DNA from: Pachysolen tannophilus NRRL Y-2460
Taxonomy: Eukaryota
DNA: 64,000 nucleotides
Direction of reading: 5' to 3'
Assembly (NCBI GenBank): GCA_001661245.1
Contig: KV454014.1
Span: 822,954-886,953, forward strand
Under the pieces are notes generated by a model. The model was given only the letters and a program-made list of their open reading frames with translations, was not told where the DNA came from and did no database searches. Positions 1-11,176 of the stretch are shown here, piece after piece. Every line of letters starts with the position of its first letter. The stretch's first letter is position 1. Made by a program: the position numbers and the translations under genes.

Positions 1-2031
1 AGGAGCGAGAAGACAAAAAGGTCGGACTCGAATGCAAGTAGTAGTGACTCGCCACTTTTGAAACCGTTAATTTCAAGAACCAATTCACAGACATATTTTG
101 CACTCCCCGATGATTATTCCCTGTCAGCAAATATTCAAGAAAATTCTCTACTTCTGCTGAATAACCCATTGGCATTATTTGATCCGCAAAATTCAACCCA
201 GACTAGAAAGTTTGTTGGTACTCCAGATTATTTAGCTCCAGAAACTGTTGAAGGTGTTGGTCAAGATGAACTTTCTGACTGGTGGTCAATTGGATGTATA
301 TTATTTGAGTTTTTATTTGGTTATCCACCTTTCCATGCAACCACAGCTAACAAGGTATTTGCAAATATTGTTAACGGCCGAATTGATTGGCCTGATTTGC
401 CTCAAGAAGAATTTGATAAAATTTGTTCTCCTGAGGCAAAAGATTTAATTACAAAATTATTAGTTAAAGATCCTAGTAAAAGGTTAGGAGTAAATGGTTC
501 GGAGGAAATAATGAATCATCCCTATTTTAAAGGGGTTAACTGGGAAAGATTGTGGGATGAAGAAGCGTCATTTGTGCCACTATCTGATGATCCAACATCA
601 ACAGATTATTTTGATTCTAGAGGTGCTGAATTTTCCAATTTCCCAATTGTTGATGATGAAGATGATGATGAAGACGAAGAAGAAGCCGAGAAAGAGGCAG
701 ATAGTCTTGATTTTTCTAGTGCCACTAAGATATCAACACCGAATGCTTTAAACATATCAAGATCAAGTTCATTTAGTTCTCCTGCTAATAAGTTTTTACA
801 ACTTCCATTAAAGAATAGAGAAAGAAGAAGCAGCAAATTGAATGAAAACAATTCTAACGAATTTGGATCTTTTCAATTCAGGAATTTGGCAGCTTTGGAG
901 AAGGCCAATAAGGATGTTATTAATAAATTAAAAAGCGAAAATTTGGAACGCAGAAGCAGTATCTCAGCTTCTTCATCATCTCCAGAATCATTGTCTTCAC
1001 TTGTTCAGCCGTCAAGATCTGGAGGATATTCTTCGCATGTTAATCCTAATAGGAGACCTACATCTCCATCGTCTTTGCATGCATCTGGTGGTAGTAACAC
1101 TCCTACAAGATCAAGTTTTTCTACAGTCCATCCAGGTTCCCCAAAATTAAGATTTAACGTTGCTTACAGTTCATCGGGAGATGAAAACAGTTCGACACCT
1201 CTTAATAATGAACCTTTCTCTGATAGAGGTTCTCCGATTCAGCAACCTCAACAACAGCAAAAACAACAATTACAGCAGCAGCAGCAGCAGCAGCAACAAC
1301 AACAACAACAACAGCAGCAGCAAAAAACTCAACCACATCAAGCCCAGAGTAGATCCACTGATACTGGCTCTCCTGTGCCCAAACTTGCAAAGCAATTTGG
1401 GAAATCTCAGCCACTTTATCCAACACAGCAGTATTCACCACAAAATGCACTTTTCACGCGTGCATTAAACCGTACTCTTAGTGATTTTTCACCATCGAGT
1501 TCAGACAATGAGGACTCACGTAACTCTGCAATAATGAGAGTAAGATCTAGGAGAAGTTCGAGAAGACTTGGATCTGCGTCATCTAATAGTACCAACGAAG
1601 CTATTAGACCATCATTGATAACCTACGATGTTTTATTATGCGAACCAATTCCAATTTTAAGGGAAACAGTACAAAAAATGTTACTGAAATTGGGATGTAT
1701 AGTTGTTGCTATAAAAGATGGAGATGCCCTAGTAAGAAGAGCAACTGGTGAAGTTAAATTTGATTTTATTTTCACTGCTTTAAGGACACCAAAAGTCAAT
1801 TCAATTGATGTTGTTAAATTAATCAAACATACTTCAAGTGTTAATTCAGATACACCAATAATTGCATTAACTGCATATTACAGAGAAGCTAAAAATTCCA
1901 ACGTTTTCAATTATGTTATTGAAAAACCAGTTACAATTGAGATGTTGAGTGAATGCATACAAAAATTTTCAGAACAAAGAAGAAGAAATGCACAAGAAGC
2001 AATTAGTGATACCGAAGCAAGTTTTAATTAA
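1..2031 (+). CDS. RIM15: Rim15/Greatwall-type Ser/Thr kinase, C-terminal part (5' truncated by window)
   Basis: Frame is open from base 1. Kinase C-lobe (FVGTPDYLAPE, DWWSIG), AGC C-tail (DPTSTDYFD, FGSFQFRNL) and C-terminal response-regulator-like domain (DVLLCEPIP...IIALTAY). Confidence 0.93.
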   Translation, partial: RSEKTKRSDSNASSSDSPLLKPLISRTNSQTYFALPDDYSLSANIQENSLLLLNNPLALFDPQNSTQTRKFVGTPDYLAPETVEGVGQDELSDWWSIGCILFEFLFGYPPFHATTANKVFANIVNGRIDWPDLPQEEFDKICSPEAKDLITKLLVKDPSKRLGVNGSEEIMNHPYFKGVNWERLWDEEASFVPLSDDPTSTDYFDSRGAEFSNFPIVDDEDDDEDEEEAEKEADSLDFSSATKISTPNALNISRSSSFSSPANKFLQLPLKNRERRSSKLNENNSNEFGSFQFRNLAALEKANKDVINKLKSENLERRSSISASSSSPESLSSLVQPSRSGGYSSHVNPNRRPTSPSSLHASGGSNTPTRSSFSTVHPGSPKLRFNVAYSSSGDENSSTPLNNEPFSDRGSPIQQPQQQQKQQLQQQQQQQQQQQQQQQQQKTQPHQAQSRSTDTGSPVPKLAKQFGKSQPLYPTQQYSPQNALFTRALNRTLSDFSPSSSDNEDSRNSAIMRVRSRRSSRRLGSASSNSTNEAIRPSLITYDVLLCEPIPILRETVQKMLLKLGCIVVAIKDGDALVRRATGEVKFDFIFTALRTPKVNSIDVVKLIKHTSSVNSDTPIIALTAYYREAKNSNVFNYVIEKPVTIEMLSECIQKFSEQRRRNAQEAISDTEASFN
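1240..1323 (+). repeat. CAA/CAG poly-Gln tract within RIM15
   Basis: Run of CAG and CAA codons in frame. Confidence 0.9.
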
Positions 2032-2599
2032 GTTTCTTTCTTTTTCTTTCTTTTATCGATTTCCCCACTTTTCTATTAATCAGACCGTGTGTATTAAAGA
2101 ATTAAAGAATTAAAGAAATGAAAAATATTACTTTTAATTTTAGTAGTGTGTTTTTTTTGTTACATTGCAAGAACAGGTAATGAATCCGTATATGACTGAT
2201 CTAGTGTAATTATAGTTAAATTTAGTTTTACTTTCCCGAATCTGATCACTAATATCGGACAGTACCGAAAAATTCAAATCAAAGTACATCCATCCTGCGG
2301 CGGCACTCCATGTATTTTAACTAGCGAAAACTCGGAATTCCTCACACATTAAAAAAAGAAAAAAAAATTCTATTTTTTATTATTTTTTTCGAGAAAAAGA
2401 TAAAATCAAGTAAGGACCTTCTTCTGATTAGCCTACTGATAAGTCCGTTCAAGGGCCCGCCAAATGAACCGCCTAACGAGGCGAAGAAGAACCCGTTCAA
2501 TACCATTTTTTTTTTTCCTGTTTCTGTTTCTTTCGTTTTTTTTTAGAATCACAATCATCTATTAATGGGATTCAGTTGTCCTTTAACTCATCTTCTAGA

Positions 2600-2663
2600 G
2601 AATTATCGAATCATTGAGTTATCGAGTTATCGAGTTATCGAGTTATTAAATTATTGAATTATC
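2600..2663. repeat. Degenerate 8-bp tandem repeat (GAGTTATC-like, about 8 units)
   Basis: GAATTATC GAATCATT GAGTTATC x3 GAGTTATT AAATTATT GAATTATC, upstream of ARD1. Confidence 0.8.
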
Positions 2664-3331
2664 ATGAGACACCTACTTGTAATAAATATATGTCCGATCT
2701 AAATTAATAAAGCTCTAATAATATAAAAATCGGATTTTAAACTAGTAAATCTTACAGAGAAATAAAAAGAAATTATAAGGTAATTTTTCTATTAAACGGG
2801 ATTCAGAGATAATAAGTCAGGATTAGAAAAAAAATTATTTCTTTCTTTTTTTATTTCTTAAACTTAAAAGAAGGTCACGGAGTTGAGCTATACTAAAATC
2901 ATGCAAATAGACCGTTTCAGGTTATTGTCGCGGTGTGAAAGAGGGCCTTCCTCTAGCTAAATTAAGAAATCACGATGACCTTTTTTAAAAAACAAGTGCG
3001 AACGACCCCAGATTAATAACCAAAAAGAAAAAAAAGAAAAGAAAAATTTATTAAAATGTTCTTTCCTGTTATAATTTCTATAAATAATGCTGTATTTTTG
3101 CTAATTTTTTTTTTTTTTTTTTTTTTTTGTCTATTCTTTTTCTTTTTCTTTTCTTTGTACAACTACAATAATAAAAAAACAAAAGCCCAAAAAAGAAAAC
3201 TTAATAGAAATACAAAAAGTTTATTAAAAGGTTTTAAAAGGAAAGAAAGAAAGGAAAAAAAAAAAGAGAGGTTATTAATCAAATAGATAAATAAATCTTG
3301 GCTAATTAGAATAGAGGAAAAGAACAGAAAA

Positions 3332-4171
3332 ATGAGTAGTACAGATCAATTTATTGCAAATGTCTTGCCAAATTTCAGATTGGATGGTAAGGTCACCGTT
3401 ATTACTGGTGGATCTGGTGGTTTGGCTACGGTTATTGCTCAGGCCTTATTGTTAGAAGGTTCTGAAATTGCACTTGTTGATATGAGTGAACAAAGAACTA
3501 AGGATGCAGCTAGTCTGTTGATTAAATGGGGAGAAATTCATATCAAAGGTTCTGAAGTACCAAAAGTAACTGCATGGACTTGTGATGTTTCCAAGTTTAC
3601 ATCTGTTGAAGAAACTTTTACTCTGGTTAATGAAGCTCATGGGAAATTGGCTGATAGATTAGTACATACTGCAGGTTATTGTGAAAATTTCCCTGCACAT
3701 GAATATCCAGCTGCAAATGCTGAGAGAATGACTCAAGTTAACTTGTTGGGTTCATTATATGTTTGTCAAGCTATTTCAAAACCTTTAATTGCCAATGGTA
3801 TTAAAGGTTGTTCTATAGTTTTAATTGGTTCAATGTCTGGTTCAATTGTTAACAATCCTCAACCACAAGTTGTTTATAACATGACCAAAGCAGGTGTTAT
3901 TCATTTAGCTAGATCATTAGCTACTGAATGGGCAGAATATGGTATAAGAGTCAATACCTTATCTCCAGGTTATATATTGACTCCATTGACTAAAAACGTT
4001 ATTAGTGGTTCTGCTACAATGAAACATGAATGGGAATCTAGAGTTCCAATGAAGAGATTAGCCGAACCAAATGAATTTGTTGGTTCAGTATTATATTTAC
4101 TTTCTAATACTGCAAGTTCATACACTACAGGTCACAATTTAGTTGCAGATGGTGGTTACGAATGTTGGTAA
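3332..4171 (+). CDS. ARD1: D-arabinitol 2-dehydrogenase (short-chain dehydrogenase)
   Basis: TGGSGGL Rossmann motif, YNMTK catalytic YxxxK, IGSMSG, GYCENFPA and C-terminal DGGYECW typical of yeast ARD1. Confidence 0.9.
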   Translation: MSSTDQFIANVLPNFRLDGKVTVITGGSGGLATVIAQALLLEGSEIALVDMSEQRTKDAASLLIKWGEIHIKGSEVPKVTAWTCDVSKFTSVEETFTLVNEAHGKLADRLVHTAGYCENFPAHEYPAANAERMTQVNLLGSLYVCQAISKPLIANGIKGCSIVLIGSMSGSIVNNPQPQVVYNMTKAGVIHLARSLATEWAEYGIRVNTLSPGYILTPLTKNVISGSATMKHEWESRVPMKRLAEPNEFVGSVLYLLSNTASSYTTGHNLVADGGYECW

Positions 4172-4260
4172 TTCTTTTTTTTTTTTATTTATTTTGTTTT
4201 TATGATCTGATTTATATAAAGTATATGTGATGTTTAATAGGATTTGAGTTTGCTTATATC

Positions 4261-4264
4261 AATA

Positions 4265-4303
<39 letters not shown>

Positions 4304-4320
4304 GTAATAATAGTAATGGT
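4261..4320. repeat. (AAT)n/(AGT) trinucleotide microsatellite
   Basis: aataatagtaataataataat... run. Confidence 0.85.
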
Positions 4321-4390
4321 CAAGGTAAAACTTAAGTGTAGAGAAAAGACAAGTCAGACGAAACCTAAAAATAAAGTATTTGGTTTACTT

Positions 4391-4463
4391 TGGACGAGTC
4401 AGGAATTGAACCCGAGACCTTTCACATGCTAAGCGAACGCGCTACCAACTACGCCACACGCCC
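4391..4463 (-). tRNA. tRNA-Ala(AGC), intronless
   Basis: Minus strand GGGCGTGTGGCGTAGTTGGTAGCGCGTTCGCTTAGCATGTGAAAGGTCTCGGGTTCAATTCCTGACTCGTCCA. 73 nt, G3:U70 Ala identity pair, anticodon loop TT-AGC-AT, GGTTCAA T-loop, T-run downstream. Confidence 0.97.
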
Positions 4464-5137
4464 CTTCCCAATTCGATCATTTTGATCAATATATACACGC
4501 CCGACTAAAGTTAAAAGTAAAACTTCTTCTTCTTATTCACTACTTATCTGATATCTAATATCTGTATGGCACATATATATATATATATATCTATAATAAG
4601 TACGATCAACGGAAATCCATTTTAGGTAAAGTTATCAAAAACATAGTCCGATGGGTATACCTCAAACTATATAATAAAAGAATTTTCAAATTATTATTGA
4701 TGACTGAAGAAGAGACCAAAAAAGGTTAAAAAACTAAAAAAAAAAAAATAACTTTTAACAGAATTTACTCATTTCTTCCCATCTATTCCTGAATGTAAAA
4801 AAAATAACAATGCCACGTTCTTCCGTTATATAGAATTGTACATTATAAAAGAAGCCTACAATTAAGATGCAGATAAAGACAATAATAATACTTCTATAAC
4901 GTACTATCGAGCTTCCTTGTTAAAAAAAAAAATAATTTTTCTCTTTTGGGTTCATATAATTCTTATTATTAATATTACTACTATTTTATAATTAAATTAA
5001 TGATCTATCTAATTTATAATCTTTAATCTTAGTCTTTAGCTATTAAACTACTATTTGTAAGTGAAAAAGAAAAAACGCCAAAAAAAAAAAAAAAAAAAAA
5101 TTTTTTAATTTTTTTTTTTTTTTTTTTTTTTTTAAAA

Positions 5138-5636
5138 NNNNNNNNNNNNNNNNNNNNNNNNNNNNNNNNNNNNNNNNNNNNNNNNNNNNNNNNNNNNNNN
5201 NNNNNNNNNNNNNNNNNNNNNNNNNNNNNNNNNNNNNNNNNNNNNNNNNNNNNNNNNNNNNNNNNNNNNNNNNNNNNNNNNNNNNNNNNNNNNNNNNNNN
5301 NNNNNNNNNNNNNNNNNNNNNNNNNNNNNNNNNNNNNNNNNNNNNNNNNNNNNNNNNNNNNNNNNNNNNNNNNNNNNNNNNNNNNNNNNNNNNNNNNNNN
5401 NNNNNNNNNNNNNNNNNNNNNNNNNNNNNNNNNNNNNNNNNNNNNNNNNNNNNNNNNNNNNNNNNNNNNNNNNNNNNNNNNNNNNNNNNNNNNNNNNNNN
5501 NNNNNNNNNNNNNNNNNNNNNNNNNNNNNNNNNNNNNNNNNNNNNNNNNNNNNNNNNNNNNNNNNNNNNNNNNNNNNNNNNNNNNNNNNNNNNNNNNNNN
5601 NNNNNNNNNNNNNNNNNNNNNNNNNNNNNNNNNNTN
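5138..5636. other. Assembly gap (N run)
   Basis: Ns flanked by homopolymers. Confidence 1.
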
Positions 5637-5896
5637 TTTTTTTTTTTTTAAACAGCTTTTTTGGATCAGTATTATATATATTGTATATTACGTTTTACGT
5701 TTTTTTTAAAATTTTTTTTTATTTTAATCGAATCAAGTGGCGAAATTATATAATATATCTATTCTGTATTCATATTAATTGATCCATCAACGGACTGAAT
5801 TATTTGTTTATAAGAGTCTTATTTTTTTTTCTTTCTTTAATTTAATTTAAATTTTTTCAAAGAAATAGGTGGTAGATAGAATAAATTATTATTATA

Positions 5897-7284
5897 ATGT
5901 CAGAACCAATTAAGAAGAAATTAGGTGAAATAGCTGCTGCTCCAACACCTCAAAATACACCTGCTTCTTTAAGTGGATCTTATATGAGCAAGTTGACGAA
6001 ACCGACTATTCCAAATACTATTAGTGAGGATAAAGAAGAATTACAGAAAAAATTATTATTAAATAATCCTGCTTTATTATCAATGATTGAAGGTAAATTA
6101 AATACTTTAGTTGGGGAAGATTCAGGTTATGTTGAAAAATTACCAAAAAAATTAAAAATAGGGTTTATAGTTTAAAATCTATTCAAAAAAGACAATTTGA
6201 TATTGAAGCTGAATTTCAACAAGAATTATTAGAATTAGAAAGAAAATATCATGGTAAATATAAACCATTATATATTAAAAGACATAATATTATTATTGGT
6301 AAAGAAGAACCTTCTGCTGAAGAAATCGAGGAAGGAGAACAATTAATAAGAGAAGAACGTGAAGAAGATGAAGATGAAGATGGACATGATGGGAAGGATG
6401 GTAAAATTGTTGAAGTCAATGAAGAAGATGAAGATTCTGAAGTTCAAAAACATGGTAAATCATTAGATGAAGATGATGAAGATGATGAAGAAGAAGAAGA
6501 AGTGGCCAAAGGTATTCCAGGATTCTGGTTAACTGCATTGGAAAACTTGGGTATTGTTGCTGAAACAATAACAGAAAAAGATGCTGAAGTTTTATCCAAA
6601 TTAACAGATATAAGGATGGAATATTTAGATGTTCCAGGTTTTAAATTAATTTTTGAATTTGATGAAAATAATTTTTTCACAAATAAAACTTTAACTAAAA
6701 CATATTATTATCAAAAAGAATTGGGATATTCTGGTGATTTCATTTATGATCATGCAGAAGGTTCACAAATTAATTGGACTTCAAATGATAATAATGTAAC
6801 TTTGATTGTAGAGAGAAGAAAACAAAGAAATAAGCATACAAAACAAGTTAGAACAATTGAAAAATTATCTCCAGTAGAATCTTTTTTCAATTTCTTTGAT
6901 CCACCAAAAGTTCCAAAATCATCAAAGGATAAAGAAAGAGATGAAGAAGATGAAGAAAATACACCAGATGTTGAAGGTGCAAATAAAGAAGAAGATGAAG
7001 ATGATGAACTCGATGAAGAATTAGAACAAAGATTAGAACTAGATTATCAAATTGGTGAAATCATTAAGGATAAATTAATTCCAAGGGCAATCGATTGGTT
7101 TACTGGTGAAGCTATTAAATACGAAATTCAAGAAGGAGACTACGACGATGAAGATGATGACTTTGGTGACGACAATGATGAAGACGATGAAGATGATGAA
7201 GACGATGACGGTGCAAGTGATGAATCTGGGGACGAAGAACTAAATAAAAGTAAAGCCCAACCCCCAGAATGTAAACAATCGTGA
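5897..7284 (+). CDS. NAP1: Nucleosome assembly protein Nap1, with an apparent -1 frameshift at A-run 6145-6151
   Basis: AAAPTPQNTPAS N-terminus. Adding one A restores LPKKIKNRVYSLKSIQKRQFDIE..., continuing into GIPGFWLTALEN, KLIPRAIDWFTG and the PPECKQS CaaX-like end. Confidence 0.92.
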
Positions 7285-8306
7285 TCATTGAAAAAAAATT
7301 ATTAAGTAATAGTAGTAGTCTTGTTGTGTTTTTTGGTTTTTTTTTTTCTTTTTTTTTCTTTTTCTCTTTTTCTTTCCTTTGCCTTTCTTATATTTTTATT
7401 TTTTGGTTTTGTCGATAGTAGTTAAATAGTTTGAAATCTACTAGTATATATAACGGCATCTATAATTTTGCTTTGAAAAAATTTTTATTTTTATTTTTTT
7501 TTTTATTCATTCACTTTTTAAAAATGATGTTAAAATTAAGTACCCTTCGTAATAACTGGTAATAACTTACCTTACGTTGCCTTACCTTGTCTAGTAATTG
7601 ATAATTGGTAATTATGGGCTTGTCGTATCTAATAATAAAATAAGTCAATCGTGCACAGTATATCAACACCCATTTTTATAAAGAAAAAAAGAAAGTTGCG
7701 CTTTAAATGCGGATCACACTTTGGTTTTGGTTTTCAATTGCGCTATTAATGCGGTTGCTCTCTATAAAGTGTGGTATTAATGCTAATGCCCTAAATTCTG
7801 TCAATTCTGTCAATCGAGATTTTACCTTTAATTCTGCCGTGTACACATTACCGTTTTAAGCGACTTGCTGCATTAAAGACTCGCGGAAAACGTTTCTCTT
7901 CTCACCTTTTGTTCTCTTGTATAATATTGGCTCAACTATAATAATATATAATACTGAACTAATAAAATTTTATTATTATTATTATTATTATTAAACAATT
8001 ATATTATTTCTTCTTTTCTTTCTAGTTTTCAATATTAAACTATTTGTTATAATTTTAAAAGAAAATTTACATTTCTTTTGTGATTTTAAATTTATATTTT
8101 GTCTTTTTTTTTTTTTTGAAATTTCTGTTTTATTTTCAAAAATTTACAATATCGGTAAGTATATTTTCTATTTTACTTTTAGTATTAATATCATTTATAA
8201 TTGATGATACAAAAAAAAAGAAATTTTTTTTTCTTTCTAAAGAATTTCATATTTGCAGTTAAACTAACGCGAAATTTTTATATTTGTTTAATTCAATAGT
8301 CACTGT

Positions 8307-10451
8307 ATGTCAAGGCCGTCTGGTTTAAATTCACAATATAGTAAAAATGTTAGGTTAAATACATTAAATGCTTCATGGAGCAAACTTTTGTTATTATTTT
8401 CATTATTACCAAAACTTGTTAGTTCTGTGCCGATTGCAGTTTTGCATTCGCTTCAAGATGATCAGCCAGTATCAATAGAGGATATGACTCCGATGAGGTT
8501 CTATACCTATCTTATTGCTTCAGCTTGTTTGGTTTGTATGGGTGGTATATTTGCAGGTTTAACTTTAGCGCTTATGGGTCAAGATGAAATTTATTTAAAA
8601 GTTATTGCAAATTCCGGCACAGTGAGAGAACGGTATTTTGCTAGAAAAGTATTAAATTTGGTTGGTAAAGGTAAACATTGGGTTTTGGTAACATTATTAT
8701 TATCAAATGTTATTACAAATGAAACATTACCTGTTGTATTAGATAGATGTCTTGGTGGTGGTCTTATTGCCGTTTTTTCATCAACAATTTCTATTGTCAT
8801 ATTTGGTGAAATTATTCCTCAGTCTGTCTGTGTTAGATATGGATTACAAATTGGTGCTTATTTTGCACCTTTTGTATTATTTTTAATGTATATGTTATAT
8901 CCAATTGCATATCCAATTGCATTATTATTAGATTATACGTTGGGTGAAAATCATGGAACTATGTATAAGAGAAGTGGATTGAAAACTTTGGTTACTTTAC
9001 ATAGAACTATGGGTGTTGAAAGATTAAATCAAGATGAAGTTACAATAATTAGTGCTGTTTTAGATTTAAAAGAAAAATCTGTGGGTTCTATTATGACTCC
9101 AATAGATAAAGTTTTCACAATGAGTGCTGATACAATATTAAATGAAACAACAGTTGATGAGATTTTTAATTCTGGATTCTCTAGAATTCCTATTCATTTA
9201 CCAAATGAACCAAAAAATTTTATTGGTATGTTATTAGTGCGAGTCTTGATCAGTTATGACCCTGAAGATGCTTTACCTGTAGCTTCTTTCCCATTAGCAA
9301 CATTACCTGAAACTTCAGAAGATACTTCATGTTTAAATATTTTGAACTATTTTCAAGAGGGAAAATCTCATATGGTTATTGTTAGTGAAACTCCTGGTAT
9401 GGCTACCGGTGCAAAAGGTGTCTTAACTTTAGAAGATGTTATTGAAGAATTAATTGGTGAAGAAATTGTTGATGAATCAGACGTATACATCGATTTAAAT
9501 AAAAGTATTAAGAGAAATGATCCAGGTCCATTGGCAAAAAGAAATTTTTCTGGTTATTTACATACTTTATATGGAAGTGCACATGCACATTCTCTGAAAC
9601 CAGCTTCTCATAGTTTCCCTGTTAACGTGGCGCCTATCTCCAGGATAAATCCATCTTTATCTGTACCTTCAAATGGCCAATGGAATGGCAATGGAGCTGC
9701 TGGTACTGGAAGTAGTAAGAACAATAATGTGGCGTACTATCATAAAACTGCTGTACCATCGAATCTTGCTGCAAAACCACTAGATACAAACAGAAGTTAT
9801 GTAACCATTAAAAAACAAAATGAAGATACAATGAGTAAGTTGAAACTGAATTCAAAGCTTTGGTCACCTGAAATTGAGATTGAAGGTGATGGTCATAAGG
9901 ATGATCATAAGGATGACCATAGGGATGGTGATAAGGATGAACATAAGGAAGCTAGCGATGATAATAAAAACAGTAAAGATGACAATAATCATCCTGTGGA
10001 TAGAAGTTTGAGCAAATCTCCTGGTTATGGCTCAACTACGAATGATAAAAAGTTTTTATTACCGAATGAAAGGGAACACGAAAGAGATATCACCACAATT
10101 AGCGTTGATGGTGAAGATGGTGAAGATGTTTACGACTTCCACCGTTTTGATAATAAGGACCAAAATCTGTACTTGATGAGTGACAGATCTAAACTTGTAG
10201 TGGATACACCCACTATAGGTCCAAGTTCATATAAATTGATAAATCATAACCACAAGACAATTATTTGCGCAATAGATGATGAAGATGAAACTGCCCATAA
10301 TGCACATGCAAAGGGCAACACAGTGAGGGACCGTTATGGAGATACAAGTGATGAAGATGGCTCAATTGAAGACCCTTTTGCAAATAACCTAACCTCAAAT
10401 TCTTCAAGATCAAGAAAAGATTCATTCATTGATTACATTAAAGGAAAATAG
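8307..10451 (+). CDS. MAM3: Mam3/CNNM-family membrane protein (DUF21 plus CBS pair)
   Basis: GGIFAGLTLALMGQD, HWVLVTLLLSNV, FGEIIPQSVC, GFSRIPI, TLEDVIEELIGEEIVDESD. Confidence 0.92.
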   Translation: MSRPSGLNSQYSKNVRLNTLNASWSKLLLLFSLLPKLVSSVPIAVLHSLQDDQPVSIEDMTPMRFYTYLIASACLVCMGGIFAGLTLALMGQDEIYLKVIANSGTVRERYFARKVLNLVGKGKHWVLVTLLLSNVITNETLPVVLDRCLGGGLIAVFSSTISIVIFGEIIPQSVCVRYGLQIGAYFAPFVLFLMYMLYPIAYPIALLLDYTLGENHGTMYKRSGLKTLVTLHRTMGVERLNQDEVTIISAVLDLKEKSVGSIMTPIDKVFTMSADTILNETTVDEIFNSGFSRIPIHLPNEPKNFIGMLLVRVLISYDPEDALPVASFPLATLPETSEDTSCLNILNYFQEGKSHMVIVSETPGMATGAKGVLTLEDVIEELIGEEIVDESDVYIDLNKSIKRNDPGPLAKRNFSGYLHTLYGSAHAHSLKPASHSFPVNVAPISRINPSLSVPSNGQWNGNGAAGTGSSKNNNVAYYHKTAVPSNLAAKPLDTNRSYVTIKKQNEDTMSKLKLNSKLWSPEIEIEGDGHKDDHKDDHRDGDKDEHKEASDDNKNSKDDNNHPVDRSLSKSPGYGSTTNDKKFLLPNEREHERDITTISVDGEDGEDVYDFHRFDNKDQNLYLMSDRSKLVVDTPTIGPSSYKLINHNHKTIICAIDDEDETAHNAHAKGNTVRDRYGDTSDEDGSIEDPFANNLTSNSSRSRKDSFIDYIKGK

Positions 10452-10613
10452 TTGACGATTTTATTCTATTTTAATTTATTTTAGTTTTTTTTTTCTTTTT
10501 TTTTTTTTACTCCGTAAATAATTACAAGAGTAATTACAACTATTACAACTTTTGTCCATATATTTATTAAAGAGATGACTTCTTCAGTTTATAATTACCA
10601 CCATCAGTTTATT

Positions 10614-10648
<35 letters not shown>

Positions 10649-10846
10649 AATTTGTACCTATCTGATATGATCAAATCCTACCGTCTCGTGCCGCCGCCTT
10701 TTTTCAACCGTCAAGTGCTGGCATTCCGCGCAAATCCACCCGCCTTTTTTTTCTTACATCCGGCCGGATTTAAAATTGTTTTTCCAGCAAAACTTTATAA
10801 CTTTGCAGTAACACAAGCTCATTGCTCATCATCATATATATTTTTG

Positions 10847-10880
<34 letters not shown>

Positions 10881-11176
10881 AGCTTAGTATTAATTAGCAA
10901 TTACAATCAATTGTACACGTAGTATTAAATTTATCTCAAATGGGAATAATTGAAATATAAATATTGTGATTGTTTAATAAACCGATATATTTAATGGTTA
11001 AGGACTATTGTTTCCCCTTTTTTTTTAATTTTATTTTATTTCAGGTGTTTTATTATTAATTATTAATTATTAATTAATTATTGCATTTAGAAAGTTGACG
11101 AAGCAATAAAACGGAAAATTGAATTTTTTCTTTTTTAATATTTTTTTTTTCTTTTTGCTGATTGATATATTTCATA

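Noticed and set aside
3056..3286. Short poly-F/K/I ORFs (e.g. 3056, 4244, 8080, 18383, 30057, 36272, 39065, 46098, 51517, 59262)
   Set aside because: Translations of homopolymer or microsatellite intergenic DNA.
4391..4463. tRNA-Ala as the CUG-decoding tRNA
   Set aside because: The anticodon is AGC, not CAG. It is an ordinary alanine tRNA.
4495..4502. 8-nt copy (acacgccc) of the tRNA 5' end just upstream of the tRNA
   Set aside because: Too short. No second cloverleaf or LTR is visible.
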